Below are positions 9,931 to 23,338 of a stretch of DNA of 64,000 nt, one piece after another. The position numbers were made by a program, and so were the translations under genes. The notes under the pieces are model-generated. The model worked only from the letters and a program-made list of their open reading frames with translations. It was not told the origin of the DNA and searched no databases. Origin of the DNA: Azolla caroliniana (Eukaryota; Plantae; Polypodiophyta); NCBI GenBank assembly GCA_043228905.1, contig JBHGNT010000012.1, positions 19,406,001-19,470,000 on the forward strand, given 5' to 3'. Position 1 is the first letter of the stretch; the number at the start of each line of letters is the position of its first letter.

Positions 9931-12900
9931 TCAACATCATCAAATACAAAAAAGTTAATACCTACAATGAGGTATATATAGATCTCATGTGCAAGGGTGC
10001 ACAAGTGTGAGGATAATATAGGTACAAAAGTGTAAGTCCTATATTAAATGTACTTAGGAGTGGAGGATCTAGAATATCCCACTTAAGTACAAGGTCCTAT
10101 TTAAGGCATTATAGTCAACACTTCTAACTAGATTCTATCTAGGTATCTACGAAGTTACATGGTTGACTAACTAACTAAACTAAGTTGAGCTTGATCTCTC
10201 AACACGCCCCCTGAAGCTCAACTGTGAGGCATCCGACATCTGCTTTGGCTTTTGTTGGCTTCGTGTGCTTCCATCCGGCCTTTGGCTTTCTTCGCCGTGG
10301 AAATCTCGGTTCCTCCCCCTCAAGCTGGTGACGAAGGCTCGACTACTTTCATCCATCGTGGGTTATGAGCCACTTCGGTGGAGCTCTTGGGCTCTTGTTT
10401 GGCCGTTACCTTCATCGCGAAGGCATAGTGATGGGCCATGTACTCGTTGTAGCCGAGCCGAGAGTGACAGGGTTCTTTTCTTTAGAAGAGCGTCAAAGTT
10501 TTTCGTTCGTCGATGTGAGCGCCTTCTTTACTCCAAGTGTCCGCATGATGGGTACACCAAACTCACTATCTAGTGAGGGAGCTGACACATCCGAATCACT
10601 GTCATCGGGGTGATGGACTTCGTATTCGGGCATCTTACCTTTGCCTTTGTCCAAGTTCGTATTTGGCCGCGACATGCTTAGGTCACGTGGGGGCTCTTGT
10701 GGCCCAGTAGGCCTTGCTGTAATCAGACTTTCTTTGAACATGTGTTCGAAGAAATGTCCATCTTCTAACTCTTGTTCGGTGGATTCCAGGTTGAGCGGAG
10801 TCGGAGTCGAAGTTATCTCTGGTGCATAACAACATGTGGATTCGTCAAAGGCTACGTCTCGACTTACCCAAACCGCTCGAGTAGAAGAGTTGTACCATTT
10901 GTATGCCTTCTTCTCGGATGAGTATCCTATGAGGATACATTCCTCCGACTTCGCGTCGGGATTCTGTCGTTGTTCATTCGGGATGCGTACATTCGCAATG
11001 CTTCCGAACACCTTGAGGTGCGACAGGATCGGCTTCCTTCCGACGAGGAGCTCGTATGGAGTTAGCTCATGCTCTCCATTAGTGTTGCACCGGTTCATGA
11101 GATAGACATCTGTGGATGCCACATCGGCCCAATAGAAGTTTGGCATGTGCTTCTCATGTAACATGGCGTGTGCTACCTCGAGTATTTGCCGATTTTTCCT
11201 TTCAACTACTCCGTTTTGTTGGGGTGTGTGTCAACATGAGAATTCTCTTTGAATGCCTTCACTTTGGAGGTAGGAGGTGAATTCCTCAAAGAAGTACTCC
11301 TTGCCTCCATCCGATCGTAGGCATGGAATGTGCCGACTGGTTTCTTTTTCGATTTGGCCCTTGAGCTTTTGGAAGTGGGAGAACACTTCACTCTTCTTCT
11401 TTATCGGGAAGATTCACGTGTAGAGCGAGAAATCGTCGATGAAGGTGACATAGAATTGGCATTCATTGATTGTCGACATTTGAGCCAGTCCCCATACATT
11501 CGAGTGTATGATGTCGAGGAGGCCTTTGCTCGCGTGGCTCTCCTTCGGGAATGGGAGTCAATGTTGTTTGCTGAGTTGACACGCTTCGCATACTCGGTCT
11601 ACTCGTTTCGACTTGAATGTCGAAAGTCCGATGACAACTCCGTTTGTTTGCATAGCTCGGAGCCGTTGGAGGTTGATGTGGCCGATTCTCTTGTGCGACA
11701 ACTCGATGTTTGTCTTGGTTTTGAAACCTTTAGCGTACATTGCCGATTTCACCTTGTTCGAATCGAGGATAAACATTCGACCATCTCTCCGCCCCTTAGC
11801 AATGAGCTGGCCATCTTTCTCAATGAAGCATCCTTCATTGTTGAAGTGGACTTGCAAGCCTTGCTCCATGATTTGGCCGACAAAGACCAAATTCTTCATT
11901 ATTGTGGGCACATGCAAGACATTCTTGATGCAAGTTTGCTCGCCTTCTTTCCCGAATGGGACATTGCCGATGTGCCGAATGGGATGTGTGGTGTCGTCTC
12001 CCGTCTCTATGAAGTTGGGTCGGTCCGGCATTCATAAGTCACAAAACCACTCTTGGTGTGACGTCATATGATGTGAGGAGCGGGAATCAACGAACCTCGC
12101 GTCTTCCGAGTTGGAGGTGCTTGTGGATTCGGAGGCCGACATAGAGCTCGTTCTATGCGTCATTACGAATAGTCAACCGTAGTCGTCGTATTCGGAGTTG
12201 GCGGCGTAATTCGGCACTCCTCTTCGCGTGGCCGATTTTTCCGCAATAGCTGCAAGCAATGGGCCACATTTGCCGACCTTGTTCAGCATGGAAGCTCCCC
12301 CTTCATCCGAATGTTCCTTGATGGCTTCTATGAAGGTTTGAGTTCCCTTCGTATGATGGGCCGAATTGACCTCTTCTACCGCCTCGACCTCATCCTCAGC
12401 TACCATCCGAATTCGAGAAGAACATTTGTCCTTCCGATGTCTTGGTTTTGGTTTGGATGTAGTTCTCTTCAACCATTAGCATTGATTGAAGGTCGAAGAA
12501 CGAAGCAGGTTTTTCCCTCACCAAGATTGTCGTCCTCAACGAGTCGAATTGTTGTGCGAGGCCGCCCAAGCATACTTGAACCATCTTTTCTTCGTCGACG
12601 TTTATTTTGATGGAGCCAAGTGAGTCACAAATGCTCTTGATCTTGGCGGTGTAGTCCGACACGGACATGTCTTTTTGCCGAATGTTGTTCAACTCCATGC
12701 TTTCGGGTGGTCGTGTTGGCGGCGAACATTTTCTTTAAGTTCGTCCATGCTTCTTTAGGCGTCTTGGCCTCTCAAATGTGGCTAAGCATGTGGCCGTGGA
12801 CACATGTTGTCAAACAATACATGACTCGGCTCACCGCTTTCTCCCATCTTGCGTAGTCGGCGTTCTTTGAGTCGGGTTGATTTTCTTGAGCATCGTTGAT

Positions 12901-13623
12901 GTAGCTCCAATACCCTTGGCCGACGAGCTATTGGGTCATCTTGTACTCCCAAGATGAATAATTGCTCCGGTCTAGCTTTTCACTAGGGAGCGCCCTTTGT
13001 GTGTTCATGTTGATTGTAGTGTCTTCCTTTTTCAATTTCCTTCACTCAATCGCTTACTTGTGCTACGTAGTGGCACTACAGTAGTGGATAGCCGGAATTT
13101 GTCATCGGCGTTTTGAACACACAATTATGAAGAGGCAGATGGGCTTAGTGGATGTGCTAAACCACACGCTCTGATATCATGTTAATAATTAGGTGATTAA
13201 CTACGGGTTAACTAGTACCTAATTATGTGATTAGTTTATAAGCGGAAGATTAAGTGATATGTGTTTATATGTGTGTGCGAGGAAGAGAGAGAGAGGAAGT
13301 TAACACTTATGAACAACACAAGATGGGGGATGATTACCTCTATATTAAATTACTATCAACATCATCAAATACAAAAATACCTACAGTGAGGTATATATAG
13401 ATCTCATGTGGAAGGGTGCAGATGTGTGAGGATAATATAGGTACAAAAGTGTAAGTCCTATATTAAATGTACTTAGGAGAGGAGGATCTAGAATATCCCA
13501 CTAAAGTACAAGGTCCTATTTAAGGCGTTATAGTCACCACTTCTAACTAGATTCTATCTAGGTAACTACGAAGTTACATGATTGACTAACTAACTAAACT
13601 AAGTTGAGCTTGATCTCTCAACA
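9931..13623 (-). mobile_element. Ty1/Copia element D, a B-related derivative lacking RT/RNase H; 5' LTR 13180-13623, partial 3' LTR 9931-10204
   Basis: Two matching LTRs ending TTGATCTCTCAACA on the plus strand; PBS GCTCTGATATCA 13168-13179; degenerate gag (ATG 13008), PR and IN; sequence jumps from the EYMAHHYA linker to the PPT near 10340. Confidence 0.9.
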
Positions 13624-13745
13624 GTGCTCTGTAGTAGTCTAGGGTTGGTATGTCCATGACAATTGAGGACATCCCCGTGGAATTGCCGGCCCTGATTAGA
13701 TGATAGTTGGATAGGGCTAGTGACGGAAAACAAGCTAGCAATTGG

Positions 13746-14070
13746 TGGATAGAGATCAATCCCTCCTCTGGACTGAGGGCCACCTAGACTTAGTAGAGGT
13801 GGAAGAAAAGAGGGTTATTAGTGGATAGAAATCAATCACTCCTATGGATTGAAGGCCACCTGGACTTGGATGAGGTGGGGGATAGGAGGGCTATCGTGTA
13901 CGAGCTAGCAATCAGCGGATAAAGATCAATCGTTCTTGTGGACTAAGGGCCACCAGGACTTGAGTGAGGTAGGGGACAGGACGGCTATAGGCGGATAGAG
14001 ATCAATTGCTCCTGTGGATTGAGGACCACTTGGACTTGGCTGAGGTGGGGGACAGGAGGGCTATCATGTA
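13746..14070. repeat. Four diverged tandem copies of a 75-94 bp unit, probably part of an unidentified TE
   Basis: GGATAGAGATCAATC...TGGACTGAGGGCCACC...GAGGTGGGGGACAGGAGGGCTA units start at 13746, 13821, 13915 and 13991. Confidence 0.85.
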
Positions 14071-14424
14071 GGAAGGGGATCGAAGAAACTCGTGGGACAA
14101 GTTAGTGGGCAACCTAAGGTGAGGGGGAAGAGGTGGATACTTGGACGGGGGACTAGTACCCCATATCTCCACCAATATGTGAAATGCACATAAGAGATCA
14201 AAACCAGCCTAATTAACTTCTTACTTCTTACTCAATTTATAGTTGATACAAAGGTACCCATTTGGGTTGGCTTAGTTAAAAACGGTGTGCTAAAAGGGTG
14301 GGTCGGCTTAGGTGCATGCATCCTAAAAAGGGTATGCTAAAAGGGTGGCACAATGGCACACATGCACACCACAATATAAACAGTTTGGTTTTGGTTTGAT
14401 TCGGTTTCTTTGCCTTGAAACCGA

Positions 14425-14660
14425 ATCGGTTCGAAGATGACATAGTCGAATCGAATAGTGAAGAAGTTCCCGAAGGCTACTTTACTTTGGAGCACGTATG
14501 TCGGGTAAACATAATCCAGGAGTTCAGAGAAGACAAATACGAGGGAGAAAGCTTGCTAATTGGGAAAGTGCTACAAGAGATTGAGGAATCATCGGACAAT
14601 AAGGAAAAGAGGGCCGAAGAAAGACGTGGCAAGTCCGGAAGTTCTTCTTGAACAATGGAT
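14425..14660 (+). pseudogene. Fragment of a Gypsy RNase H-integrase linker related to element G
   Basis: RFEDDIVES...EFREDKYEGESLLIGK aligns by eye with ARFNDEDGMVS...EFQEGEYEGEWLRIGR in ORF 20900-21493. Confidence 0.7.
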
Positions 14661-14668
14661 TAATCTGG

Positions 14669-14994
14669 TTTCATGAATACATAAACATCATGGCATCACC
14701 TAGGCTTGAATCCAAGCCCTTGCAATACATAACCACGAACCCAACCATTAAGATAGCCTATGATCATATGAGATAATAAAAGCTACTTCTTGTAATACAC
14801 TGATTATTGTAAATACTCTAGAAGATTCTAGAATATCCAAAAACATCTTCTAAGAATATTCTAGGTCTAGAACATTCTAGAACATTATAGAAATCTCTAG
14901 GCTATTATGTAGGAACCTATAAATAGGTGCATACATGTATTCTCAAATCAATTCGAATCAAACTATCAGAACCAAGACAGAAGATAGAGTGACA
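14669..14994 (+). mobile_element. Chromovirus-type LTR (L) abutting the K gag zinc knuckle
   Basis: TTTCATG (TGTCA-like) to GAGTGACA; TCTAGA-rich U3 and CCTATAAATA box, organised like the I LTR; flanks do not form a TSD pair. Confidence 0.6.
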
Positions 14995-15518
14995 CAATAT
15001 AAGCACAGACGGTTTGCTCGACATCGTTTTTTCTCTTCATCCAACAACGGTCCTCGTCGTTGCATCATATCGATCTCCATGGGTGTAGACCTATCCATTG
15101 GGGTTGGACTACGTGGTTGCCTTCGAGTTGGAGCAGGGCTATATGTTTACCTTGGAGATGATTGCGCCGTTATTGATGCATAAATTGGTGTGAATCTTGA
15201 TCTTGTTATTTGTTGTTGTTGTTCACATCGACGCTCAAGAAGACGATTATCACACCGTATAGCTTGACTAATAGCTTCTGTAAGAGATTTTGGATCTTCG
15301 GGGAATGTAAGAAGTAAGGCCTTTACATCGCTACGAAGACCGGAACGAAACTGCTCCATTAGGGCTTGTTCATCCCAAGGAATATCTCTTGCGATGAGAC
15401 AAAATTTGGTTGCATATGTCGATGCTAGCTAATCACCTTGACGTAGTGTACGAATCTTGTTGATCGATGTTCTTGCCCCATCTGTATCTCCAAAGAAAGC
15501 CTTAAATTCTTTGACAAA
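14995..15518 (-). pseudogene. Ty3/Gypsy (Tcn1/PEG10-like) gag fragment K
   Basis: EQFRSGLRSDVKALLLTFPEDPKSLTEAISQAIRCDNRL...PMEID...RANRLCLYC. Confidence 0.85.
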
Positions 15519-16189
15519 TGTTGGTTAGTCTTTCGACGTAGACCTCAAGGTGACTGTGTTGCAAGGAATGGTATCGTCGTACCGTAATACGTAATGGGGT
15601 ACTCCCTCATATCCTAGTAGCATATAAGGGAGACGGCTACAACCGAACTCCTTAGGAAGTGCACTAGTATCCGCACTTACGCCTACACTCTTACGATTAA
15701 CAGTACGCAACAGAGAACAAGGAACACAGTAGACAAAACCACAGATATGCACAGAAATCAGAGAAGATGGTGTTCTATTAGAAAAACGCTCTATGCACCA
15801 AAATTACACGCTACCTCTTACAGAGGATTTCTGCCCTTTATATACACAGGGCCTTTAGCCGTTCACGCTTCCCACGTGAACCGTTACATGTGTTTCTTAC
15901 GCTTTATTATATTATAATGCTTTTGCGCTTCTGTCCGTCGGTTACTATTCCAGCGGACAACACCTGGCACGCCTGTGGGACAGTGTCATGGCACATCGGA
16001 CCCATCCCTTTATTCTTCCTCCAAAATAGCCTGGATGTTTGGTTCCATTCCGATGTCCTGGTCCGGGACGACATAGTGTCCATTGGCGCGTCGTTGCGCG
16101 GTTCCATGTCTTGTACTTGCTCGGTGGGGCTTTCCATGGCGTCAATGTCTCCCTGTGTGGGCGGACCGGGCTCTGCTAGCTCATCCCGT

Positions 16190-19100
16190 TGTTGTGGAGA
16201 AAACAGCTCCTAGGAAGAATCAAGGAAATATGCGCATGAATTGGCTCTTACGTGTGGGCATGTTATTTAATAACTTGTACATACTTAGGAGCATTTCAGT
16301 TGGTGTGAGGATACTAGGTAGTACGCATTTATTGTTTAGGAAATCGTAGTATATCTTTGTCTGAAGTGACAGAAATAAAGAGGATGCAACCAGGGTATAA
16401 CGATCTGTCTCCGATATCTTAAAAGGGAAGGGAGAAGGCTAAGAGAGGGACCGCATTTTGGGCAAGAACGAGGTGTTGTCAGACTGGGAACTGAGCTCTC
16501 TCCTCCACTATCTATCGATCATCATTCTCTTTAAGTTTCGGGGTCGGTTGCCTCTGCTTCGAGGAAAACCGTGCGCTCCCGGCAAAGGCTCCATTGTGTG
16601 TGTGCGTGCGCATGTGATTGTTTGGGTTAGGTCTGTCGCCGACTATCCGGTTGTAATATTGCAAGCACTATAATCGTTACTATTATTGTAATTGAATCTC
16701 TTGTTCTCATCCATCTGTGTTTTTGGGAGTATCCCTTTTTCCCGCTTGTTCAAGTCGGTATACGCGTTGGTGGTTCATTCAGCCAGCAAGTGTTGTCGGT
16801 TGAAAGCAAGTCTAATGGGCCTTACGCGTGCCCGCTTCTCGCTTCCTCTTGTTTCTCTTGCTCCTCGGTTCAAGGCCCCCGTGGTCCCACCTTATTTCCC
16901 ACATGAAAGCGAAACAACACGACGTAATTTGGTGAACCCGACGTGAAAAAGGCGACAGAGGAGTTGAAGATGAGGGGATCAGAGCTCGTCGAAGCCATGG
17001 TGGCAGCGGTCAATCGAATAGTAAGTGCTCGCGAGGGCACGGGCGCCCTCGATAGGGCCGTTGAAGCGATTGTCAGCACAATAGGCCGGTTCGATGGGAT
17101 GGAGACCACAAGTTATTTGGTGGCCTATCGAGCCGAAATGGTGATGAGGGACATCCCGGAGGAAAGGCGTCTGGCTGGGTTCCCTTGGGTGGCAATACCG
17201 GGCATCCATGCAGAGGTGCTCGAGGAGCAGGTTGGATGCCGGACCTAGAGAGAATTCGAAGCGTGGCTCCTCGAAAGGTACGGGCTTGATGACGCGCTTT
17301 GGTTGTTGAAGCGGGACTTCATGGAGTGGGTGGAGACCCCCAGAAAGGGGAGGAACGCATCTGCACTCCTCCGAGAGTTTGAAGTACGCTTCACACAGCT
17401 CTCGGCACTGGACAGGACCATGCTAGACACGAGTCGTGTCCTATTGTTCGTCAAAGTGGTGGACGTGCGGGATCGGGATCAAGTGGGTCTCTTGCTGGAG
17501 ACAAATGATGGGCTGACGATCGACTAGGGCGCGGTCAAAGGAGTCTGCAGCCGTTTTCACAAGCGGCGTTAGTGGGGCGACGAGGGATCGTCAGCGACGA
17601 GACCCGTATCGGCAAGGAAGTTCGATGAACCTTCGCCAGCACGAAAAGAGGAGCCCTAGGATTGGCTCGAGATAGTCTCAGCATTGACCGGCGCGGTCAA
17701 GGGACCATCCAGAGGAGCGGCTCTTGAGGAGCTGACACAAATGGTGCGCGACCTGCAGATCGTGCAGGCCCGGAGAGATGGTGGAGGGCAGCCACGCGAC
17801 CTGAAGACACCGGTTGGACAATAGTGTATGTGGTGCAACATGGTCGGACACAGCTAGCGAGACTACCTGGAGTTTGTTGAAGCCCTCAGGGGTAATATGG
17901 TGTACCTGTGGAATAGACGAGTGCACGTTGGTGACACCCGGAGACCCCTCGAGACGAACTTCGGGCATGGTGGAATGAAGCGGTTAATGGAAGAAGCGGA
18001 GGTGCGCCATGCAGAGGCCATCCATTATTTGGCATCGGCCGGAATCCGGGTCGGGAATAATGAAGACCGAAAGAAGAAGGACTCAGGGTGTTGGTCGTTG
18101 GTACTAGAAGGCCTCGCCGGGCATACGGTTGAAGAAGGAGGAAGTAGACCGTGGGGAAAGACGGGTCCGAGAGGTCACCGGGTGGAGCGATCCGGTCGAG
18201 GAAAGGACCGGCTTCGTGGAAGCCACATGCCAAAACCACGAGGTTCTGGTAGAAGATAAGCATGCTGGGAAGACCGGAGGGGCCGGACCCTCGCAGCGGT
18301 ACGACGCCCGGTTTGGGCCGAAGCAGAATGACGTCAGTACTTCCAGCGCACCAGATAAAACAAAGAAAGTTGGTTACCAGTTGAGCACCAAGATAGAAAG
18401 AACGACAAACCTGCGGAAGGTCCTTGAGGAATGAGTCCTCGACAGCAAGGTGGAGTTGTCACTGAGGGAAGTGCTCGGGATCACCAAGAAAGAATTCCAT
18501 GACTCCATCATGGACTTGGTGAAGCGAAAAAGGCTTTCGATGGAGCCGGTGTTAGAGAAGCCGATGGAGGTGCGAACGATGCGCCTGGAAGACAAGATGG
18601 CGGAAAGCCATTATTCGAGGTCGCAGTGGGCCAGAGCCACTACGGAGACCCCTATTCGAATCGAGGATGTCCAGGAGCCAATGGTGGCATTGATAGACCA
18701 CGGATCGGAGATCAACCTGATGTCCATGGACTTCTATAAGAAGGGGAAATGGCCGATCAACACCAAGCACGGCTAGAAAATACGCGCGGCGACGCACGCT
18801 ATGGAGGAGTTGCACGGGGCGTGCCCGATCGTACGCGTCAAGATCGTCAACATCGAGATCGATCAACACTTTTTCGTGCAGGAGACGTCCTCGCACCCGG
18901 TGATACTCGGCGAGCCGTACATTACAGCGGCACGTATGGAGAAAAGGGTGTTGGATAATGGTTCGGCGTACACGTGCGTAAAGAGCCAAGATGGATGACA
19001 CTCCATCCAATTCCTGACCGTGTGACCAAACCATGAGCGGAACCGGGAAACCCTCGGCAGCGGCGAACGACGGGATTTTTGGAGAGGGCTATCAAGGCGT

Positions 19101-22100
19101 GGGGCCGTGATAGTCCAGACACCTTGGAGGATCCCCACACTTGTACCATAGGTCGGAAGTTTTGGTTCTCCAATAGCAGAGGTTGTATGATAGCCGGCAT
19201 CGTTGGTCGGGAGAAGAAGCGGGCAGAGGAACGACTCATGATCTGTGGATTCCTCGCCCCCAATGAGGAAATTAGTGGCAATGTGGAGGCGGTCTCTTTC
19301 AACGACACCCTCGGGGAAATCGGGAAGGTGATTGAAGAAGGCCTTAGTGAAGACCGGATCATTCCGGTTAACTCGTTGGGAATGTACGAAGTCATTACCT
19401 ACTTCGGGGAAAGGGTCAAGTCGGATCGGACGGCCTGCGTGGATACGAGGTACAAGATTGTGGACCGGAAGGTGAGGCTAGTCGTGGCACCCTTGCCGGA
19501 GGGCAGCGAGGAACAAATCAAAGGGTTTGTGTGGGACCCAAGTTTGCGGAATCTGGGCGGCATAGGACACTGGTTCACCGCCATAACACTACAGGAGCTC
19601 AAGGTCGGTGGGGGTGGCTTCCTACTGCCAGTGGAGGAGGAGAGGTTTCGGGGGATGCTCGGAAGGCACAGGAAGGCCTTCGCGTTCGCGTCGGGGGAGA
19701 TCGGGTGCGTGGACCTGACGATCGTGGAACCAATGGTGATCTTCACGGTACCGCATGTACTGTGGAATCTCAAGCCGATTCTGGTACCCAAAGCTCACAT
19801 CCCAAAGTTGATGGAGCTGCTGAAGTAGAAGATGGAGATGGGCATCCTCAAGCCATCGAGTGCCCCCTATTCGAACCGGTGGTTTACTGTGCCAAAGAAG
19901 AACAACACACTATGCTTCATTCAGGACCTGCAACCGGTCAATAAAGTAATCATTCGAAATGCAGGTATCGGGCCGACCATTGACGAGTTTGCGGAGGCCT
20001 TTGCCGAAAGGTCGATCTATTCGGTCGGGGATCTATACTCGGGGTACGACTAGTTCCAACTAGCTGTGGAGAGCAGGGATATTACGACGATGTGAACTCC
20101 TCTCGGCCTAGTGCGGATGTGTACCTTGCTGCAAGGAGGAACCAACTCGATGGAGCACATGGTGAACGCTATGAACAAAGTGCTGAGAGACTACATCCCG
20201 AACATCACCATGCCGTTTTTGGATGACATACCGATAAAAGGGTGTTTGGTGGAGGATAATGATGAGTCGGTTGCACCGGACGGTTGCCGGAGGTTTGTTG
20301 CGGACCACATCAAAGACTGCGAAAAGGTGCTACAAAGGCTAGAGAGCACGCGACTCACCTTCTTCAGACAAAAATCGGCTTTCGGTCAATCAGAAATCTT
20401 AGTGGTCGGTCACTTGTGCGGGACTTATGGCCGGAAACCGTTTCCGGCAAAGGTCGAAGCCATTTCCGCGATGAAAGAGGAATGCAAGTCGGTAACGGAG
20501 GTGCGGAGGCTCCTGGAGGCATGTGCATTCTACCACATCTAGGTTCCGCATTACGCGCACATCGTGGAACCGCTCTACGGGCTGCTAAAGAAAGGGCGCA
20601 AATTCGACTGGGGCAAGGAACATACGGAGTCGGTTCGGAGATTGAAAGAAGCGTTGACCGCGGCACTGGCACTCCGTAAAGCAGTTTACGGGAAGGATGT
20701 TCCGATCTATGTAACCGTAGATACAAGCCCGACCGGGATAGGATGGGTGATCAGTCAGGAAGACGAGGGCAGCACACGGTTCACTATCCAGTTCAGAGCA
20801 AAGTTACTCAATGAGCGACAACGAGGATACGCCCAAGTTAAGCGCGAGCACTAGGCTATTGTTTCGGCAGTCAAGGCCGACAAAGATTATCTTATCGGGA
20901 TGGAGGTAATAATCAAGACAGACTTCCTACTGATCCTCGAAATGGTTTCCGAATGTGCGACGCCGGACCTGGCAATGCTCAGATGGATCGCATACATCAA
21001 GTCCCTGAGTCCAGAGATACGGCACATCTTCGGAAAGGACAATGCCATGGCCGACATGCTTTCCAGAGCGCGGTTCAACGACGAGGACGGCATGGTTTCG
21101 GAGGGCGAAGAAGTCGGCGAGGACTTCTTCGAGTCGGCTTACCTAACAAGGGTAGGTAGCACCCCGGTGCTTAACGAGTTTCAAGAGGGTGAATACGAAG
21201 GGGAGTGGCTCAGGATCGGTAGATTCCTGAAGACAATGACATCGGACACTGCGTGGACAAAAGACGAAGCTAACCGGGTCCAGAAGATAGCGTACCGGTT
21301 CTTCCTACGGGACAGGAACCTATGGAAGAATCCAAAGAAGAGAGGTGGCATCCCACTACGAATAGTGGCAGGAAAGGAGGAGCGGGAGATGTTGCTCGCG
21401 GCGTACCGCGAGAGTCCTTGGGCCGGTCACCGCGGGACTTGGGCCATGTTTGAGAAGCTAAAGGGGAAGTATTGGTGGCCGGGGCTATATTAGGATGTGC
21501 ACCAGTTCGTGAAGACGTGCGAGGGCTGCCAGATACACTCCACAATCCGGCATCGAGATGAGTTGCACCCGACCTACCCCCCGACTGTCCATTTCAAGAG
21601 GATGGTAGATTTGGTGACGATGCCGATGGGGGTAGGACAAATGTGGTACCTGGTGCTGGTGCGAGAAGACTTGACAAACCAAGTGAAGGTCCGCACACTG
21701 CAGAATAAGACGACTGCGGCGGTGTGCTGATTCCTAATGGAGGAGGAGGTGTGCCAGTACGGGTGCGTAGGAAAGATCGTGGCAGATTAGGGGGAGCTGG
21801 ATGCGCAGGAAGCCGAAGAGCTATTCGACCGGCTAGGGGTCAAGCTCTCCCTCACTAGGCGTACAACCTAGAGGCAAACGGGAAGGTAGAACGAGGGCAC
21901 GTCCCAATTGTGAAGGCGTTTGTGCGAGCATGTGAAGGACAGGTCGGGAATTGGCCGCGACTTCTACCTTACGCGTTGTGGGTGGACCGGACTACACATA
22001 GTTCAGTGACCGGGTTCATACCAGCGGAGTTGATGTACGGGCAAAAACCAATTATGCCAGTGGAACAGGCAATCACTTCGTGGGCCGCAGTGGGCTGGAG

Positions 22101-23338
22101 GCGGGAAGAGCTGTTGGCGGCACGGATTCGACAACTTGAACGGAGACCAGAGGACATAGAGCGAGCAAGGAAGAAGCTACACGTGGCGCGGGAAAGGAAC
22201 AAGGGCCGGTTAGACCGACACACCGGCTCCGACCGAAGAAGATTGAAGAAGGCAATTGGGTGTTGGTATACGACAACAGCCTCGACAATCAGCACAAGGC
22301 GGTGCAAAAATGTGCAAAGAGATGGTTCAGGCCCTACGCCGTGACAAGCGCTAATGACAATGGCACATACCATCTCGCGGAACTTGACGGAACGCAAATA
22401 GTTGTGCCAGTAGCCGGGAAGAGGATCAAAGTATTTAAGAAGCGGCATGAGAACGAACTGGACTTGGTAAGTCTGGACGATGGTGATGCCTGCACCGGTG
22501 CGGACAACGACTCGGAGAATGAAGGGTGATTACAGACCGGTCTTCTCCGGCAATTGCAATATCTAGCACGTATGGGTGGACGTGCAGTTTGGTGGGGGTG
22601 GATGTCGTGGAGAAAACCGCCCCTAGGAGGATTCAGGGAAATATGTGCATGAATTGGCCCTTACGTGTGGGCACGTTATTTAATAACTTGTACATACTTA
22701 GGAGCATTTCGATTGGTGTGAGGATACTAGGTAGTACACATTTACTACAGTTTAGGAAATCGTAGTGTATCTTTGTCTGAAGTGACAGAAATAAAGAGGA
22801 TGTAACCAGGTTATAATGGTCTGTCCCCGAGCCTATAAAAGGGAGGGGAGAAGGCTAAGAGAGGGACCGCGTTTTGCAAGGACGAGGTGTTGTCGGATTG
22901 GGAACCGAGCTCTCTCCTCCACTATCTATCGATCATCATTCTCTACAAGTTTCGGAGTCGGTTGCCTCAGCTTCGAGGAAAACTGTGCGCTCCCGGCAAA
23001 GGCTCCACTATGTGTGTGCGTGGGCGTGTGATTGTTTGGGTTAGGTTTGTCGCCAGCTATCCGGTTGTAATATTGCAAGCACTGTAATCGTTACTATTAT
23101 TGTAATTGAATCTCCTGTTCTCGTTCATCTATGTTTCTGGGAGTATCCCTTTTTCCCACTTGTTCAAGTCGGTATACGCATTGGTGGTTCATTCGGCCGG
23201 CAAATGTTGTCGGTTGCAAGCAGGTCTAATGGGCCTTACGCGTGCGCACTTCTCGCTTCCTCTTGTTTCTCTTGCTCCTTGGTTCAAGGCCACCGTGATC
23301 CCGCCTTATTTCCCACGCGAAAGCGAAACAACACAACA
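16190..23338 (+). mobile_element. Full-length degenerate non-chromovirus Ty3/Gypsy element G (LTRs 16190-16924 and 22603-23338)
   Basis: Matching LTRs of about 735 bp; order gag, PR (LIDHGSEIN), RT (DLYSGYD, PFLDD), RH, IN; PPT GGTGGGGGTGGA 22591-22602; many TAG stops. Confidence 0.95.
16930..16947 (+). promoter_or_regulatory. Primer binding site of G, complementary to tRNA-Trp
   Basis: TGGTGAACCCGACGTGAA is the reverse complement of the plant cytosolic tRNA-Trp 3' end (TTCACGTCGGGTTCACCA), recalled from memory. Confidence 0.85.
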
